From: Octopus vulgaris
Taxonomy: Eukaryota
Assembly: GCA_951406725.2 (NCBI GenBank)
Contig: OX597827.1
Span: 17,856,001-17,920,000, forward strand
DNA length: 64,000 bases
Reading direction: 5' to 3'
This document shows positions 14,039 through 27,470 of the stretch, piece after piece (the stretch's first letter is position 1; every line of letters begins with the position of its first letter). Under the pieces are notes generated by a model, which was given only the letters and a program-made list of their open reading frames with translations, was not told the origin of the DNA and did no database searches. The translations under genes were made by a program, and so were the position numbers.

Positions 14039-14467
14039 TCTATTATATAAAATCCGTTCTGTCTGTCTCTGTGTGTGTCTTCTAGGATCTCGGGCATCCT
14101 CCATCCGATTGCGCTCAAATTTGATATGTAGATACCGGCGGTATCAGAGCGTGAATAAGTCTTGACAAAATTACAAAAATCGATTCCAGGTGAAAATGCG
14201 ATCGATCAAGCCGTGGGAACATGCATTTGTATGCACAAGTACATCAGCTGTTGCGATGTACTTACTGGTACTTTAAACTCTTCCGTTGCATATTTGTATG
14301 AATAAAATCGTTTTCCTTTGGAATAGAAAACAAGTCTATCTTTATTTCTTTTTTTTGCTGGTGTCTCAAATTTAGGTTAAATCAGTGTTTCTCAAAGGGG
14401 AGGCCTGTGGGACGGTGGGACAAGTTGTTTTGAGAAAATTTGGTTTAAATGTTTGACAACTCAGCAC
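14039..14467 (+). mobile_element. Helitron-like element, 5' part (3' end not located)
   Basis: A|TCtattatataaaa start; homologous to 63240-63758 (-). Confidence 0.65.
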
Positions 14468-14985
14468 CATCCATTGCACGGTGGCGGGGGGGGGTGCGTT
14501 TTGCTCGTATACATATATACATGTAATAACATTGTGTTGGTCTTTTTGAAATTACAATGAGCTTTAGATCTAAGTTAGAATCTCGCCGTTTCTCTATTGG
14601 CAAGAAATCTTGAAACAAAAAATAATTAAGCACACAGGCCTGTATATTACATACACATAACTTATCTGTCATCTGCAATCCCTACATTAATCTTCTAACT
14701 ATGGTTCTACACTCTAAGGTGTTGTAAATCATACCGCTTCTTTCCTTGCATTTCACATTGACTCATTCTTACCGCTCGTTATCACCACGTCGTTCTCTCT
14801 GACTCATTCTTATTTTCTTATCTTCGTTTCTGCTACCCCCACCCCTCCAATCTGATACTCATTCAAAACTTCAAAGTCACTCCTTGTTTTTACTTTCTAT
14901 AAATTAATAAGAATGTACGCGACTAAGGAAAGTAATTCTACAGCTTAATGTTAAGACTACATCTATAAGTTTACATAAGAGCAAA

Positions 14986-15073
<88 letters not shown>

Positions 15074-15384
15074 CTTTTGCCTCGTCTTCATATTTTGTTT
15101 ATTTTGCGCGCGCACGCACTCACACATACACGCACATATATACGTATGTATGTATGTATGTATGTATGTATGTATGTATGTATGTATGTATTATGTATGT
15201 ATGTATGTATGTATGTATGTACGTACGTATGTATGTATGTATGTATGTATGTATGTATGTATGTATGTATGTATGTATGTACGTACGTATGTATGTATGT
15301 ATATGTATGTACGTACGTATGTATATATGTATATATGTATGTACGTATGTATGTGTGTATGTATATATGTATGTATGTATGTAA

Positions 15385-15592
15385 TTCGGCAGGAGGACTT
15401 AAACGACATGCAAAGGTACATGAAGCCCAGTTACAACTACAGTCGGCTATTACCGGTAAAGGTATTAGCTGCCAATTCTGTACAAGACATTGTAGATCTT
15501 TAGCTGAGCTAAAAAGTCACATTCGATCACAGCACCAGTAACAGTTAAGCTTCGTGCAATGGCCATACTCGATAACGAGAGCGCAGCTATAA
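15385..15592 (+). mobile_element. RTE-like LINE 3' end with terminal C2H2 zinc fingers in (TATG)n
   Basis: GGLKRHAKVH...CQFCTRHCRSLAELKSHIRSQH*; the 3' UTR is shared with 52835-52885 (-). Confidence 0.7.
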
Positions 15593-16263
15593 TGTATGTA
15601 TGTATGTACAGTACATCCATACATATATAAATAAGTATGTATGTATGTTTGTAAGGAAGCGGTTGGAAGTGTCTTCAAAGTTCCTCCAGCTATTAATCAA
15701 TGAGCGGCGAAAGACACTTTCAACCCATCCTTTATAAAAATAAATTTCAGCGATCTTTCAATTAAAAACAGTTTGACTGCTTTTATCTATAACTATATGC
15801 AAAAGCAATTATATGTACGTGTACGTATGCGTGTGTGTGTATATGTGTAGGTGTGTGCGTGTGTAATGCCAACCATCTTTAATCATTCACTGAAGAAGAT
15901 TTCTAAATTCCTGGGTGTTCAAATTCAAATTTTTTTTTTTTTTTAAAACAAAAAAATATATTCTACGATTAAGATATATTTTATTTCTTTATTCTCTTCG
16001 TGTAACTAAACACATTTTTTTTTTTCATTGGTAGACTATTGATTTCGAAAATATTGAACTATTTGAACACGTGTCTAAGAGGATGAAGGAAAACTTTGAT
16101 ATATCGAACGATCGAATTAGGTACTATGTAGAATTTGTTTTTTTCACGGTTATTGGAAGAAGAAAAACTTCGAACAATCAAAATATTTAAACAATCGCTG
16201 GCTATTGATGGAAGGATGACTTAGATTTTATCGAATTGTGAAGCATATGAGAGGTTTTATCAA

Positions 16264-16347
<84 letters not shown>

Positions 16348-16439
16348 TATATGTGGATATGTATATATAGACAGACATATATACAAACATCTATATACAT
16401 GCATATATAAATGTATAAGCAAACATATATATATATATA

Positions 16440-16506
<67 letters not shown>

Positions 16507-17439
16507 TCACACACAGATAACCTAGTTCTTGTTCGGTATCAGTGCGTGCGATTCTCTTCCTCCCACCGTCCCTCTCACAGTACACCTATGTCACGTATGT
16601 CTGTCTGTGCGCCTGTGTGTATATGTGTGTGCGTGTGCGTCTGTGTGTGTATGTATCTATATGTGTATGTCTGTGCAAGTGTATACATAAATACATATAA
16701 TCATACATACGCGTTTGCATGTAAGCTTACGTATACGCGTCGCCATTTCTATGTAATACTCTCTCTATCTCTATCTCTATCAATCTCTTTCTTTTTCTCT
16801 TTCTCTCCTTCTCTCGCTCATTCACAGCGCTTCGTGGTCAACATCCACGTGATCTCTCTCTCTTTCTCCTCTCTACCGACATCATTTAAACCCATATTAC
16901 ATTCCCATCTAATTGGTTCCGCAATCAATTAGCTAATGAAATAATTGCTTGTATTCGGTCCTGGTGTCCTGGTTATATATATAATTTTTTCCTTCTAGAA
17001 GGCTGGGGGTCAGTGGTGGTGGTGGTGGTGATTGTTTATGCCACTGGTTGTGGTTGTTGTTATTGTCATACGCAAACACACACATACATACACACACATA
17101 TTCACACTCACAAATTCACACACACACACACACACACACAAACAAACACAAGCACGCAAACACACACCAAATGTGTACATATGCGTACACAGACACCATT
17201 TTGTATCTGTCACGCACATGCGTGCGTACACAAACGCACACATGTATACAATGTATACAAACACACACACTCACACACACACACACACACAGACACACAC
17301 ACACACACACATAGATATGCACATTGACCCATAGAGTAATACACATACGTAGAGGTATACGCAAAGATGTACACATCAGTCAAACATTCACGCACGCGGA
17401 AACACGCATACACACACATAAACACATAAATACATACAT

Positions 17440-17487
<48 letters not shown>

Positions 17488-17556
17488 GCTTTCAAATACA
17501 GAAATAGTATCACACATACGATAGCAAACCAAATCAAAGAGAAACAGAAACGGCAA

Positions 17557-17598
<42 letters not shown>

Positions 17599-17599
17599 T

Positions 17600-17630
<31 letters not shown>

Positions 17631-17850
17631 GCAGACACACATACACACACACACACGCGCGCGCAGACACACACACACACACACACGCAGACACACACGC
17701 AGACACACACACTCACACACACATATATACTCACATACACATATACGCAGACACACGCAGACACACGCACACACACGCAAACACACACGCAGACACACAG
17801 GCAGACACACACACACACATACATGTACATAAATGGTACAATCTCCTTAC

Positions 17851-17933
17851 CGAATCAAAATGTTGAGATAGAATGTCTACTATCAAACTTCGAGGCATGA
17901 CATTCATGGTTCGAATCTGATGAAGGTGAGTGG
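17851..17933 (-). CDS. BTBD16: BTBD16-like protein, internal exon
   Basis: Acceptor ttttcttggttccag|, donor |gtaagg; 83 bp, phase 1 to 0. (A)THLHQIRTMNVMPRSLIVDILSQHFDS vs recalled [27 protein letters not shown]. Confidence 0.9.
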
Positions 17934-18034
17934 CTGGAACCAAGAAAAAATTAAAAATAAATCATGTAATCTAACATCATGAAAGTGGGACGTGTTAGAG
18001 AAGTGCATGGTCGATGTGAATAACGTTGGCTTGA

Positions 18035-18077
18035 TTATGATGATGATGATCATGATCATGATCATGATGACGATGAA

Positions 18078-18126
<49 letters not shown>

Positions 18127-18600
18127 GTGACGACGACGACGACGACGACGATGATCATGGCGACGCTAATAATGACGATGAGGGTGATGGCTGTGATGGC
18201 AACGACGACGATGATGATGATGATAACAACGATGATAGCGATGGTGATGGTGATGATGATGACGATGTCGAGGAGGAGGAGGAGGATGGGAAGGAAGAGG
18301 ATGGCGATGACGATGATGATGACTACGACGATAGCGATGATTATGATGACGATGACAACAAAGATGACGACAAAGACGACGATGGCGGTGACGGTGGTGG
18401 TGGTGGTGGCAGTAAAGTTAATGCTTACGGTGATGCTAATGATGTTTGGTAGCAATGGCTGTGGTGAAAGTAGTAATGGAGATAAAGATATAATGATTAC
18501 GCTGGTAATACTGATGGTGATGATAGTGCATGATGTTCGCTATGTTGCTGATAGTGATGATGGTGATGATTCTAATGGTGGTCGTGTTGTTGTTGTTGTT
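18035..18600. repeat. Compound (GAT/GAC/GGT)n tract
   Basis: Direct reading. Confidence 0.95.
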
Positions 18601-19261
18601 ATATGCAGCGGAATTTGCAGACATGTTTGTGGTTGTTGTTTCGAACTCGCGGACGGAAAATCAGCTTTTCATGTTCAACTATTTTGCGGCATTGACCCTC
18701 ACCAAAAAGCTTTTGACTTCCATATATCATTTAGCATCTTGTAAGACAGGTGCCGCGAGGAGCGCCTCAATACTGTGCTCACCGAGAGGGTCATTCACAA
18801 GTGTTTTGCTACTAACTTGAAAAAGCCAAATTGAAATCCTTTCTAATTGCAAAACTACCTGCCGTCAACATGTTTTGCAGTCCTATCCTACAACACAAAT
18901 CACAAAGATAGATGAGATCCGAACTGGTCTATGATTTCTATAAGGTAAACAAAAGTGCGTTAAACGACGTAGGACACTCTCAGCATTTCTTGGAGAAACA
19001 GAAAGAAAATGAACTCGGTAAAGCAAACTAATGAACCTTTCTTTAAATTCTACATTGTTGCCACTGCTTACATCTAAATGATATATCAATCATCGCAGTA
19101 CATGCTAGCCTTGGGCGCTTCAACACTCGATGGTGTCGTTATGCCATTCACCATTGCTTGTACATTTAAATCTGATGCAGCTCATACCACTTCGTTTCTG
19201 ATCACATTCGATTTCTCCCAGAACGCAGGAGTGGATTTGACTTCTCGCAATGTAAAGCGTA

Positions 19262-19598
19262 AAGATCCCCTACGGTCACGAATGACCATGAGATTGCACC
19301 TAGAAAGTTCCCCTCCGAGGCACAAACCCAGACAAGGTTGTTTATGGAAGACCAGCAGTTGCCCCATGCATACCAGCTTCCCCTCTCCGCACCACCGATG
19401 TTATCCAATGGAAAGGCAAAGGGGCCGATACAGCTTGGAACCAGTGACATCGCAACTCATTTCTACAGCTGAATGAACTGGAGCAACATGAAATAAAGTG
19501 TCTTACTCAAGAACTCAACACACAGCCCGGTCCAGGAACAGATCTCACTACTTCATGATTTTGAGCCCGACGCTGTAACCATTAAGCCACGCGCCTCC
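19262..19598 (-). mobile_element. CORE-like tRNA SINE family D
   Basis: Head ggaggcgcgtggcttaatggtt; CORE-like cttgagtaagacactttatttc...gtagaaatgag; flanking gcaatgta repeat. Confidence 0.85.
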
Positions 19599-19620
19599 GC
19601 AATGTATTGATACCTTATAT

Positions 19621-19815
19621 AGTCGCCATGATAGATCGTTAGCCACTACACACATTTTTTCTCTCCTTGTTTCTCTCCTTTTTTCTGTGTCCCTTTCTGT
19701 AGAAGAGCGTAGGCTCGAAACGTAAAAGACTATTTCTATTCCTGAGCGTTATACTAATACATCCGTTTCTTTTGTACACCACCTGTCTTTGTCTTTTGTT
19801 GTTTTCGTAAACGCT

Positions 19816-19818
<3 letters not shown>
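19621..19818 (+). mobile_element. Family P2 copy ending in (TA)n
   Basis: High identity to 9058-9246; hammerhead-like motif at 19693-19728. Confidence 0.7.
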
Positions 19819-19899
<81 letters not shown>

Positions 19900-20647
19900 A
19901 GAGTTTACGATTGAAATCCAAAATTGACTTCGGCAACATTTGAACTCATGTCATAGAAAGCCAGGACGAATACCAGAAACCATTGTGCCAGCCCTATGTG
20001 TTAAAGCTTCTACTTTAGAGCCAACGAACTTAGCCATCTGAGAATTAAATGGCATTGCAATGGACGAAAACCCAACATCAAAGACGGTATGATAAAACAC
20101 TCTCTTCTCAGCTGGTTGTAATGCATCATCTCAATATTACTTTACAACGATTCGGCGATTCAATCAGTCTCTCACTTCACTTCTCCTTTCACATCGCCAC
20201 TCACTCGTTTTCTGTGCCTCTTACACTAAAGCATTACTCAAACGAATGGATCAGATAACATTATGTAAGATGATCGTTCAGATCATTATAAAAGCAAAAC
20301 TTTAACTCGACGTGTTCCGTTTCTAGAAATGCTTTTATCCATAACGCCTTCTTAAGAAATCCTAATGCTTTATACAGGAACGATAACAGTGATTAATACC
20401 CAGACTAAATGTTTTGACGTAGATGAAATTATTTTTCGCTACGGTCTTGAAACGATGCTTAGCCCTTTGTAAATGTTTACAGCGGCGACTCAATACTAAT
20501 GTGACCTTCACCGTAAGATTAAACATAATCCCTTAGATAAAATTAAATTTACTGTATTAATGAATTTCATGTCAGTTGCCTATTGTTTCTACATACAACA
20601 AATATTTTAACCGCATGTATTACGTCATAGCAAATCGTTTAAGATAA

Positions 20648-20736
<89 letters not shown>

Positions 20737-20805
20737 ATGGATGGTTGGATGAATGGATGGATGGATGGATGGATGGATGGATAGCTAGCTAGCTAGCTAG
20801 CTAGC

Positions 20806-20874
<69 letters not shown>

Positions 20875-20912
20875 GGATGGATGGATGGATGGATGGATGG
20901 ATGGATGGATAG

Positions 20913-22283
20913 ATAAGTTTCTTTATTGGCCACACAGGGCTGCACACAGATGGGACAAGTTACAAGGTAGAGCTTTTCTTTTGGGGGATGAAAAAAACAA
21001 AAAACAAAAGAAACAAAAAAAAGGGGTGGCGTAGGTTTTCGATCAAGAGGGATCGTAAAAGGGAAGAAAAGAACAAAAAAGATAAAATTAAAAAAAATTG
21101 AAATAAAAAAAGAAGAAAAGGAAAAGGAACAAAAGAAAAGAGAAATGAAAAAAGAAGAAAAAGGGGAAAAAAAGGGAAGAGGAAAAAAAAACGATCAATA
21201 GGGATCGTGTATCACAATGTTATGATATATGGTGTAAAGGGGAAAGCAAGTAAGGTTTATCCGTGGGAAGAAAAGCCTACGAAAAAGACCACGGTAACCT
21301 TGGTCAATATTGTTATATGTTACCACATTTGTTTGCAAGTGGGTAACCCTCTGTTTTCAATTTCTGGGTTCATAGGATTATGATCAAGGTGGTTTCGTCA
21401 TTCATACGTGCCATCCTTGCTACATTCACCCATCTTTTTTTAAAACATTCGCTAGACAAAACTTGCCTCTCTACTCTCACTTTCCTTTTCAAGTGGTACT
21501 TGAAGAAGTTGATGAGAGATTGACCAGAAAGGAAAGTGTTTGTCTCCAATCCTTTCAGACGCGTCCACCAGATACATTCCTTCGCCATAGCCACAAGGAT
21601 CATGAAAATAGCTCTTCCTTTCCGTTTGAAGGAAGGAGGCGTGACAATATTGACGATAGACTCAGCTGATAAACCGACTCGTCACACACGTGACAGCAGT
21701 TGTTCGACATAAGCCCACAGGTCGGAAATTGTTGGACACTGCACGAGTGCATTCAGAACGGTTTCGTCGCTCTGACCGCATCTCGGGCAGGTCGGCCCCG
21801 TGTTTCTCGAGCCGTGTCCGTAGAGCTTATCCCGAACGGGTAGCGCTTCTCGGTAGCACTGCCACGCCAGGGGTCTCTGGAAGTTCTCCATGGGCCCTGG
21901 CCCGAAAGTCGTCCCGAATAGGCGGGTCAGGTACTCCTCGTCGACGTCCAGGTTCGCCCCGAGCTCGTCGTCGTATCTCCCCTCCACTAATCCCCTATAG
22001 AATGCTTTGGTTGTGATGAAGTCACTCAAGGTCGACCCAGGACGGCAGAGTTGCTTGAGAGCAACGCGACACTCGCGGTGCCATTCGCCCTTCCTCGGCC
22101 TCTTTTTGATCCACGACTGCAGTTCGGTCATGGAGACGAGCTGCGGGAAAGCGTGCCTCACAAACGGCGACCACACCTGTTCACCGTCGTCTACGAAGAG
22201 CCTGAGGTGTCGCAGTCTCAGCGCGTGTCTGCGCATCATCAACCACGGCATGCCCAGTCCTCCTTGTAACGAGTGTTGACAGC

Positions 22284-22284
<1 letters not shown>
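20913..22284 (-). mobile_element. Tx1/L1-clade LINE, 5'-truncated, in (GATA)n
   Basis: ORF2 C-terminus: GGLGMP, LAWQCYREALPVRDKL, CPRCGQSDETVLNALVQC (zf-RVT), AKECIWWTR; one internal stop; 3' UTR with AATAAA; GATA/GGAT tracts on both sides. Confidence 0.92.
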
Positions 22285-22376
<92 letters not shown>

Positions 22377-23259
22377 CGAGTGCAGAATAAAACAACATAT
22401 TTTATTTCTATTGCATCATGGATTACGTAAGCTTTTTAGAAGTTTTCCTGTTGTATGTACGCGCTTTTGTTGATTGCAGTTTTCCAAACACGCGTGTTAT
22501 GGGTGTGATCCGTATAAAAGAGTTTGTTTTTAGTAGTTTTGTCAAATTTCTGATTTAGTTTCGAAGTTAATATTCTTATGACGTATTCTAAGTTTGCCTT
22601 TCATAGTTAATCTTTTTCTATGCCTTTATTTATTATTTTTTAAAGGAAATATTTTCAGTTTTCTATTTGCATGAATGTCTCGATGTTGTGAGGTGTGTGA
22701 AATACTTCAACGGGGAACAATAAAAGAAATTCAAGAATGGGAAAGAATTGAAACTTAATGCAAATATGAATTGCAAAATAAAAAGATCTCATTTGCTGCA
22801 TTACATTCCCACACTACGATGAGAATCATACCGATGAAAGAGGATCAAAATAAATAGATCGGGTTAGAATACATAAACAACACATCAAAAATTCATCGCT
22901 TAGAAATGTTCTATGTGGTAAAATATCTAGAAATTTCTTCAAATGAAAGACTAAAAATATTTTTCCGTTTGTCAAAATAATCAAAAAAGAATATTTTATA
23001 AGAATTCAAAATTTGAAACTAAACCGGTAATAGACAAGACTGCTACTAATAACAATTTCCAATATACGGAATTTCTCTATTACACGTGTATCTGAAGAAC
23101 TGCGAAACGGCTTCCAGTCAATACGAAAGCTTCCTTTCCGAAAATTAATGTCATTTACTTTTTTAAGAATTTTTTAATATATAATTGATAATCATTTTAA
23201 AATAAAAACATCTTGCTCAAATGTTATGACTTATTTAGGAATTCTTAGCAAGAACTTTA

Positions 23260-23345
<86 letters not shown>

Positions 23346-23348
<3 letters not shown>

Positions 23349-23540
23349 AGTTAATCTAAACATGGAAACACGAAGAGAAATCACAATATCGCGAGATCGT
23401 GGAACAAATACAATATTATTGGGCGCTCAGGAAAGAAGGAAAGAAGGACGATTTAACGTTTCGAGCGGAGCTCTTCGTCAGAAACATAGGAAAAGGAAAG
23501 ATCCAAAGAAGGGAAGACGGAGGGAAAAAAATCACCACAG
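23346..23540 (-). mobile_element. Putative Penelope-like pLTR fragment, family P1
   Basis: Reverse-complement copy of 2576-2780; 3' end lies beside (TA)n. Confidence 0.6.
23451..23485 (-). ncRNA. Minimal hammerhead motif in putative Penelope-like pLTR
   Basis: GUUU CUGACGA A GAGC-UCC-GCUC GAAA CG UU AAAU; intact core and palindromic ACGU helix III. Sister copy at 2645-2679 (+) has CCGACGA. Confidence 0.65.
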
Positions 23541-23632
23541 ATATATATAGAGAGAGAGGGGGGAAGAGAGCGGGAGGGAGAGAGAGAGAAACATACAAAC
23601 TGATAAAGCATACATACATATATATATATATA

Positions 23633-23918
23633 TAGGTTTTTTCCTCGAATTTTATAATTTTTATAATTTTTATAATTTTTTATATATATATATATACATA
23701 TATATTTTTGAGCACATTTTTTTTTGTTTATCGCTCGAAGATTGACCGTTATTTCTAAAAGGCCAATCAAACAAGTCCATTTTTAAAGGTGTAGCGTTTG
23801 TAAGAGTCTGGATTGAATTGATATATCGGTTCCATTCTAACAAAAACTGTCTGATGAACGGCAACGAGAAACTCAGAGTAACAGATTTTGTTGAATTTTC
23901 TGCTGCTTTAAATAAAGT
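23633..23918 (+). mobile_element. Putative Penelope-like pLTR carrying the near-canonical hammerhead
   Basis: Bounded by (TA)n; AATAAA immediately precedes the 3' (TA)n. Confidence 0.55.
23839..23892 (+). ncRNA. Type I hammerhead ribozyme
   Basis: Stem I AACAAAAACUGU/ACAGAUUUUGUU (11 of 12 bp); CUGAUGA at 23851-57; short stem II CG-GCAA-CG with an A.A closing pair; GAAA at 23868-71; stem III ACUC-A-GAGU; GUA cleavage triplet ending at 23880. Confidence 0.85.
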
Positions 23919-23934
23919 ATATATATATATATAT

Positions 23935-24293
23935 AATAAAATATTAGGGAATAAATCCAAACTTACAGGGAAAAATCAGATTTAGGATTGAATCCAATTT
24001 TATAATAAAATATTATATTATATTAAATTAGAGATAAAACCACTATTAGGCAAATCAAACAATGAAAAACTTAAGCCAATACATAAAATTAATTAATTTA
24101 TATTATTTTAAATATATATCAAAATTATTAAAAGTTTAATAAAAGATAATGAGTAAAACATTACTCATTATCTTTTATTAAACTTTTAATAATTTTGATA
24201 TATATTTAAAATAATATAAATTAATTAATTTTATGTATTGGCTTAAGTTTTTCATTGTTTGATTTGCCTAATAGTGGTTTTGTCTCTAATTTA

Positions 24294-24302
<9 letters not shown>
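23935..24302 (-). mobile_element. (TA)n-inserted fold-back element, family F1
   Basis: Terminus gggaataaatccaaacttacagggaaaaa is shared with 35726; arms of about 142 bp at 24015-24156 and 24161-24302, 4-nt loop. Strand inferred. Confidence 0.65.
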
Positions 24303-24379
<77 letters not shown>

Positions 24380-24383
<4 letters not shown>

Positions 24384-24550
24384 ATAAGAGGCTTCCAAAT
24401 AGGAAAGCTTTGTGCTAGAACACAACGCTTCCCTATTTGGAAGCCTCTTATTGTATTTCTATATGAATAATAAATAGTCTAATGACTAATTCGTTTTTTG
24501 TGCTAGGCCACTGGTAATAGTAATTTATTATTACCCTTTTTCATTATGTT
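24380..24550 (+). mobile_element. (TA)n-inserted fold-back element, family F2
   Basis: Hairpin at 24380-24455; tgctaggccactggt...taccctt is the reverse complement of the aagggta...accagtggcctagca terminus at 56440-56484. Confidence 0.6.
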
Positions 24551-24554
24551 TATA

Positions 24555-24605
<51 letters not shown>

Positions 24606-24786
24606 ATGTGTGTGTATACAATTAAGAAATTGTTTTGTCATATGTTAAAGATGTTCATATTACTTGCGTATTGTAAATGCTTTGGATAAGAACTCAACAC
24701 CAGTGGGTACTTTTCAAACTTGAGAACCATGTTACAGAAAGAGATATAAAATATGTTCACATGTAGAAAAGAATAAACTGAATTAC

Positions 24787-24878
24787 CATCTGTGATGCCA
24801 TGGAAGCGTACCACGGAGAACAAGTGCTGATAGTGAAGACCTTCCTCTGTTTCTAAGAAAGACAGTTGTTTGGTTAAC
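24787..24878 (-). CDS. BTBD16: BTBD16-like protein, internal exon
   Basis: Acceptor ttttccttcgcag|, donor |gtaatt; 92 bp, phase 2 to 1. LTKQLSFLETEEGLHYQHLFSVVRFHGITD vs recalled [26 protein letters not shown] (GMCL1 FLETEQG). Confidence 0.92.
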
Positions 24879-24984
24879 CTGCGAAGGAAAATTATTGAAA
24901 CGTCTTTTACGGTTTTATAGGAAGATCAAACAAGATTGAAATATAGCTTATGATTATTATTGAATCTGTTATCATGTGTACGAT

Positions 24985-25646
24985 TTACTCTTTTTTACTC
25001 TTCTAATTGTTTCAGTCATTTGACTGTGGCCATGCTGGAGCACCACCTTTAGTCGAGCAAAATCGACCCCAGGACTTATTTTTCGTAAGCCTAATGGTGG
25101 TCGTGTTGTTGTTATATGCAGCAGAAATTGCAGACATGTTTGTGGTTGTTGTTTCGAACTCGCGGACGGAAAATCAGCTTTTCATGTTCGACTATTTTGC
25201 GGCATTGACCCTCACCAAAAAGCTTTTGACTTCTATATATCATTTAGCAACTTGCAAGACAGGTGCCGTGAGGAGCGCCTCAATACTGTGCTCACCGAGA
25301 GGGTCATTCACAAGTGTTTTGCTACTAACTTGAAAAAGTCTAATTGAAATCCTTACTAATTGCAAAACTATCGGCCGTCAACATGTTTTGCAGTCCAATC
25401 CTACAACACAAATCACAAAGATATATGAGATCCGAACTGGTCTATGATTTCTATAATGTAAACAGAAGTGCGTTAAACGACGTAGGACAATCTCAGCATT
25501 TCTTGCGGTTCGGCAAAAAGAGACCGACAGAATAAGTATTCTGTCGGTCTCTTTTTGCCGAACCGCTAAGTTACGGGGACGTAAACACACCGGCATCGGT
25601 TGTCAAGCGATGTTGGGGACGGAAAAACACAGACACACAAACATAT

Positions 25647-25679
<33 letters not shown>

Positions 25680-25844
25680 CGACGGGCTTCTTTCAGTTTC
25701 CGTCTACCAAATCCATTCACAAGGCTTTGGTCGGCCCGAGGCTATAGTAGAAGACAGTTACCCAAGGTGTCACGCAGTGGGACTGAACCCGGAACCATAT
25801 GGATCATAAGCAAGCTACTTACCACACAGCCACTCCTACGCCTA
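24985..25844 (-). mobile_element. SINE family A interrupted by a templated insertion at 25091-25538
   Basis: Both SINE halves are intact around the insert. Confidence 0.9.
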
Positions 25845-26057
25845 TTTAAAGATAAAAAGGGCAAAATTTTAACCCTATGTCTGTCCAAAGCTTTTTCATA
25901 AGCTTATCCTAAACGTGAATGCTTGTTTTCAAAATTTTTCTTGTTCCATATTTTATGAATAATATTGTGTTTTTATTTTTTCCAAATTACTCTGCTGGTT
26001 GAAAGAAATTAGAATTGTGTAATATATACGATGCGTGAACACCAGGGAAATATATCA

Positions 26058-26420
26058 TACGTTGTTGGCATCCTTTCGTCTCGGGAGACAATGGAGCTGC
26101 GCATAAAATCAGTTTTGCGCTGGACTTGGCTAGATGTAAGAAAATCCTGGGTAGCCCAATCGTCAGGATTCCTCTCTCGACCTTGTTGACGTAGTCCAAA
26201 CGAGTGCAGAGCATTACGTTTGGCACCAGCTTGGTTGCAGGAGCTGTTAGAAGAGTGTCGAGTCGAACACTAAACCACCTACGGGGCTCCATTCCCGATT
26301 TCTTTGAAGGTTGTCTCCTTTCCGTAGTCCTGGATAGGGGCCCATACCGGGTACTATCAGCCGGAGCCAGCTGAGCCCGGAACTCTTGTCAGGCAGGGTC
26401 ATCACTCCCTGAAGTAGTGA
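26058..26420 (-). mobile_element. Probable RTE-like retroelement non-coding fragment
   Basis: GC-richer island with ttggcaccagc...gcaggag and ggggctcca motifs recalled from RTE 5' regions; family and strand uncertain. Confidence 0.35.
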
Positions 26421-26559
26421 ATAAAATCGCTACCCACTACCTATATGTATATCATACGTAAACCACCTGATACACAGTACAGGAAATGAGTTAATACTGG
26501 TTCTGTTGTTATACGTTATATGCCTTGCTACCGAGAGGGTCAATGTGGTTTTCTTTGAT

Positions 26560-26608
26560 ATTGCTGTTGTTGTTGTTGCTGGTGCTGTTCGTGGTGGTGA
26601 TAATGCTG

Positions 26609-26682
<74 letters not shown>

Positions 26683-27470
26683 GCGGTGGTGTGCTTATTG
26701 ATAATAGTGGAGCTGATATTGTAGAGGTAGTCCTAGTAGTGTTGTGTTGGTATTGTTGCCTGTGCTGTAATGTTGGTAGCAATATAAGTGATGGAAGTCG
26801 TAGTGGTGGTGGTGGTGGTGGTGGTGGATGAGGAGGAGGGGGAGGAGGAGGAGGAGAAGGAGGGGAAGATCGGGGGAGAAGGAGGAGAAGGTGGGAGGAG
26901 GGGAAGAGGTGGGGAGGAGAGGAGGAGAGGAAGAGAGGAGGAGGAGGAGAGGAAGGGGGAGAGGAGGAGGAGAAGGTGGAGAGGAGAAGGTGGAAAGGAG
27001 GAGGTGGAGAGAAGAAGGAGGTGGAAGGGCGGCGGCAGTAGTGGTGATGGTGGTACAGGGTTGGTGGTGGGAGTGATGATGAAAATGATGGAGACAGTGG
27101 CGGAAAAAAGTAGTCGTAGTAGGGTGGTGGTGGTGCTGGTGATAGTGGTGTAATGGCAATGGTTGTGGTCGTATTCTTATTGGTGGTGTCGGCGCTGATA
27201 TTGGACCTTAAAATAGGGGAAGTTGTAGTTCTGTAGTGGTGTTGTTATTGGCTGTGTTGGGATAGTGGTATTGATACCACTGTGGTGGTGGTATCAATAC
27301 CACTGTGGTGGTGGTGGTGGTGGTGGTGGTGGTGGTGGTGTGTTGGTGCTATTGTTGGTGATGGGGGGGTTGGTGGGGGAGTTGGTACTTGTAGTAGTAA
27401 TCATGGGGTTGGCAGTGGTGGAGGTTACGGTGGTGTTTGTAGTATCAGTAGTAGTTGTAAAGGTGTAATG
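26560..27470. repeat. Compound (GAT)n/(GAG)n/(GGT)n tract
   Basis: Direct reading. Confidence 0.95.

Noticed and set aside
15385-15541. C2H2 zinc-finger host gene
   Set aside because: Fused to a microsatellite, no splice acceptor, and followed by a tail repeated at 52835; better explained as a LINE ORF end.
18530-18820. Duplicated ORF (also 25007-25333) as a gene family
   Set aside because: Starts in repeat sequence, has no recognisable domain, and is explained by the templated duplication.
27266-27303. 16-bp perfect inverted repeat
   Set aside because: A small fold-back inside a low-complexity GGT tract, with no other support.
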